A DNA stretch of 16,768 nucleotides from Candidatus Zixiibacteriota bacterium (GTDB lineage Bacteria > Zixibacteria > MSB-5A5 > WJJR01), in NCBI GenBank assembly GCA_036170655.1, contig JAVHPP010000045.1, forward strand, positions 1 through 16,768. The letters are read 5' to 3'. The position numbers and the translations under genes were made by a program. Under the pieces are notes generated by a model. That model did no database searches, was not told where the DNA came from, and saw only the letters and a list, made by a program, of their open reading frames with translations. Of this stretch, positions 15,282 through 16,768 are shown piece after piece (positions within the stretch are counted from its first letter, which is position 1; every line of letters starts with the position of its first letter).

Positions 15282-16768
15282 ATGAGACGCCCGATCAAGT
15301 TGCTCTTATGGAGTGCTGCGATTCTGGCGGGTCTGACCATTTCGGCGATGGTGGTCATCAGGGTTGTCTTCACCAAAGAAAAGATTCTCGCCATGCTCAC
15401 ACCGCAACTCGAGCAGGCGCTCAACCGCCCGGTGACCGTTAGCGATGCCGGAATCTCCTTTGCAGGCGGGTTGGGTGTATGGCTTGGCGACGTGACGATT
15501 GACAACAAGCCCGGCTATTCGAATGAGCCGCTGTTCACTATCCACACGCTGGAATTCAAGGCACAGCTTCTACCCCTGCTGGTGGGAAAGGTCAGACTCG
15601 ACCGTGTGCTCTTAGACGCGCCATCGTTGCTCCTGGAATTTGACGGTGAGGGACACTCCAACATCTCCGATCTCGTCGTGCGGCGCCACCCCGCGGATAC
15701 GATGTTATCACCGTCACCGAACCGTTCGTCCATGCTCTTATCACTGGGGGCTGGACGGATCATCCTGACCGGCGGCGAACTTATCACCAACAACTTCAAA
15801 TCCCAGCAACGGATCGATCTCCACGGCATCAATCTGGACATGAGGGCGAATTTAGGGGAGCGCCTGGATGTCATCACATTCAGCGCTGACCTGTCCGTAG
15901 ATTCGTTCGAGGTTTCTGATCCGGTCCGGGACTGGGCGGTCTCGCAGGGGATTCCGCGCGCATTCGCGGCGGGAAACTATAATCGTTTCGAGAAATCGGT
16001 CCAACTCGATACGTTACAGGTCGACGCCTTGGGTGCTCAGGTCGCGGGACAATGTGCTCTTCGTTCCCATCCAGGGCTGACGGAGATCCAGTTCAATGCC
16101 AGTTTGTCCCCGACGGATCTGAAACGAGTATCCGGCGAATTGCTGAATGCCGGACTCCTGCAGCAGCCCCCCGATCTCGAGGGCAGGATCTCCGGAGATA
16201 TGCAGGCCAACTTCTCGTGGCCTCTCCCCGAGGGGGCGATCCCGGATTGGGGTGCCCGCTTCGATCTCACCGACGTCAGGTACAGACCCAGGCGATGGAC
16301 AACGTCCATCACGACCCCGAGAGTAGAGCTCCGTGGCGACGAGCAGACGATCACCTGGTCTGTCACCTCGGGCCGGATTCCGGGCGGAACTTGGTCGACA
16401 TCAGGCGCTATCGACAATCTCTTTGCACCCGATCCGGCCTTCTCAGTGCATGTTCTGGCAGATTGCGATTCGCTGGCGTGGGGCCTTGCATCTCAATCGG
16501 GCGAATTTTCCGTGGCGGGCGAGTTGCATCTGGACATCAATGCTTTCGGGCCGCTCAAGACTTGGAAGGCACTTCGTTTATCGGGACATTGTCAATCCCC
16601 GCGCCTTGTCGCGATCGATACGGCTTGGGCGATTGACACCGTTGCCCTCGCTTTCGACTGGGAATTGGCAGGCGCCGACCTGAAACTCAGTCAGACTGAG
16701 TGGCATTCGGGATCATCGTCCGGTCATGTCACGGGCACAGTCGCCGGACTCGTGCCGTCTGCTCTGGG
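15282..16768 (+). CDS. AsmA family protein, partial (runs off the window end)
   Basis: The frame from ATG 15282 reads MRRPIKLLLWSAAILAGLTISAMVVI...LEQALNRPVTVSDAGISF.GGLGVWLGDVTIDN...LLPLLVGKVRLDRVLLDAPSLLLE...SNISDL, the typical AsmA N-terminus. It is absent from the ORF track, consistent with no stop inside the window. Confidence 0.8.
   Translation, partial: MRRPIKLLLWSAAILAGLTISAMVVIRVVFTKEKILAMLTPQLEQALNRPVTVSDAGISFAGGLGVWLGDVTIDNKPGYSNEPLFTIHTLEFKAQLLPLLVGKVRLDRVLLDAPSLLLEFDGEGHSNISDLVVRRHPADTMLSPSPNRSSMLLSLGAGRIILTGGELITNNFKSQQRIDLHGINLDMRANLGERLDVITFSADLSVDSFEVSDPVRDWAVSQGIPRAFAAGNYNRFEKSVQLDTLQVDALGAQVAGQCALRSHPGLTEIQFNASLSPTDLKRVSGELLNAGLLQQPPDLEGRISGDMQANFSWPLPEGAIPDWGARFDLTDVRYRPRRWTTSITTPRVELRGDEQTITWSVTSGRIPGGTWSTSGAIDNLFAPDPAFSVHVLADCDSLAWGLASQSGEFSVAGELHLDINAFGPLKTWKALRLSGHCQSPRLVAIDTAWAIDTVALAFDWELAGADLKLSQTEWHSGSSSGHVTGTVAGLVPSAL

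Overview
GC-rich bacterial chromosomal window. Its features suggest the FCB group, possibly candidate division Zixibacteria (inferred from a T9SS/FlgD-type C-terminal domain and a short sigma-70 lacking region 1.1). Gene order: secreted CTD protein (+), GH35/GH42-like protein (+), degP-rpoD-like pair (+), a minus-strand ECF (SigW-like) operon with its own TGAAAC-N16-CGTA promoter followed by a DUF4097 protein and a bactofilin-like membrane protein, then a decayed type I restriction-modification remnant on the minus strand (5'-truncated hsdS, intact four-helix-bundle gene with an internal inverted 10-bp repeat array, hsdR with an in-frame deletion). After that come a 46-aa ORF behind a sigma-54/IHF promoter and a structured leader (+), an M23 peptidase (+), a second ECF sigma factor (+), a UPF0173-type metallo-hydrolase (+) and a partial AsmA-like gene (+). 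The most notable signals are the sigma-54-driven small protein with a two-state leader and resemblance to the nearby ECF N-terminus, the decamer palindromic array in the four-helix-bundle gene, a probable ACG start for the rpoD-like gene, the mini-HsdR fusion, and a GH35-like protein whose nucleophile position appears to be Gln. All assignments come from reading motifs by eye; no searches were run.
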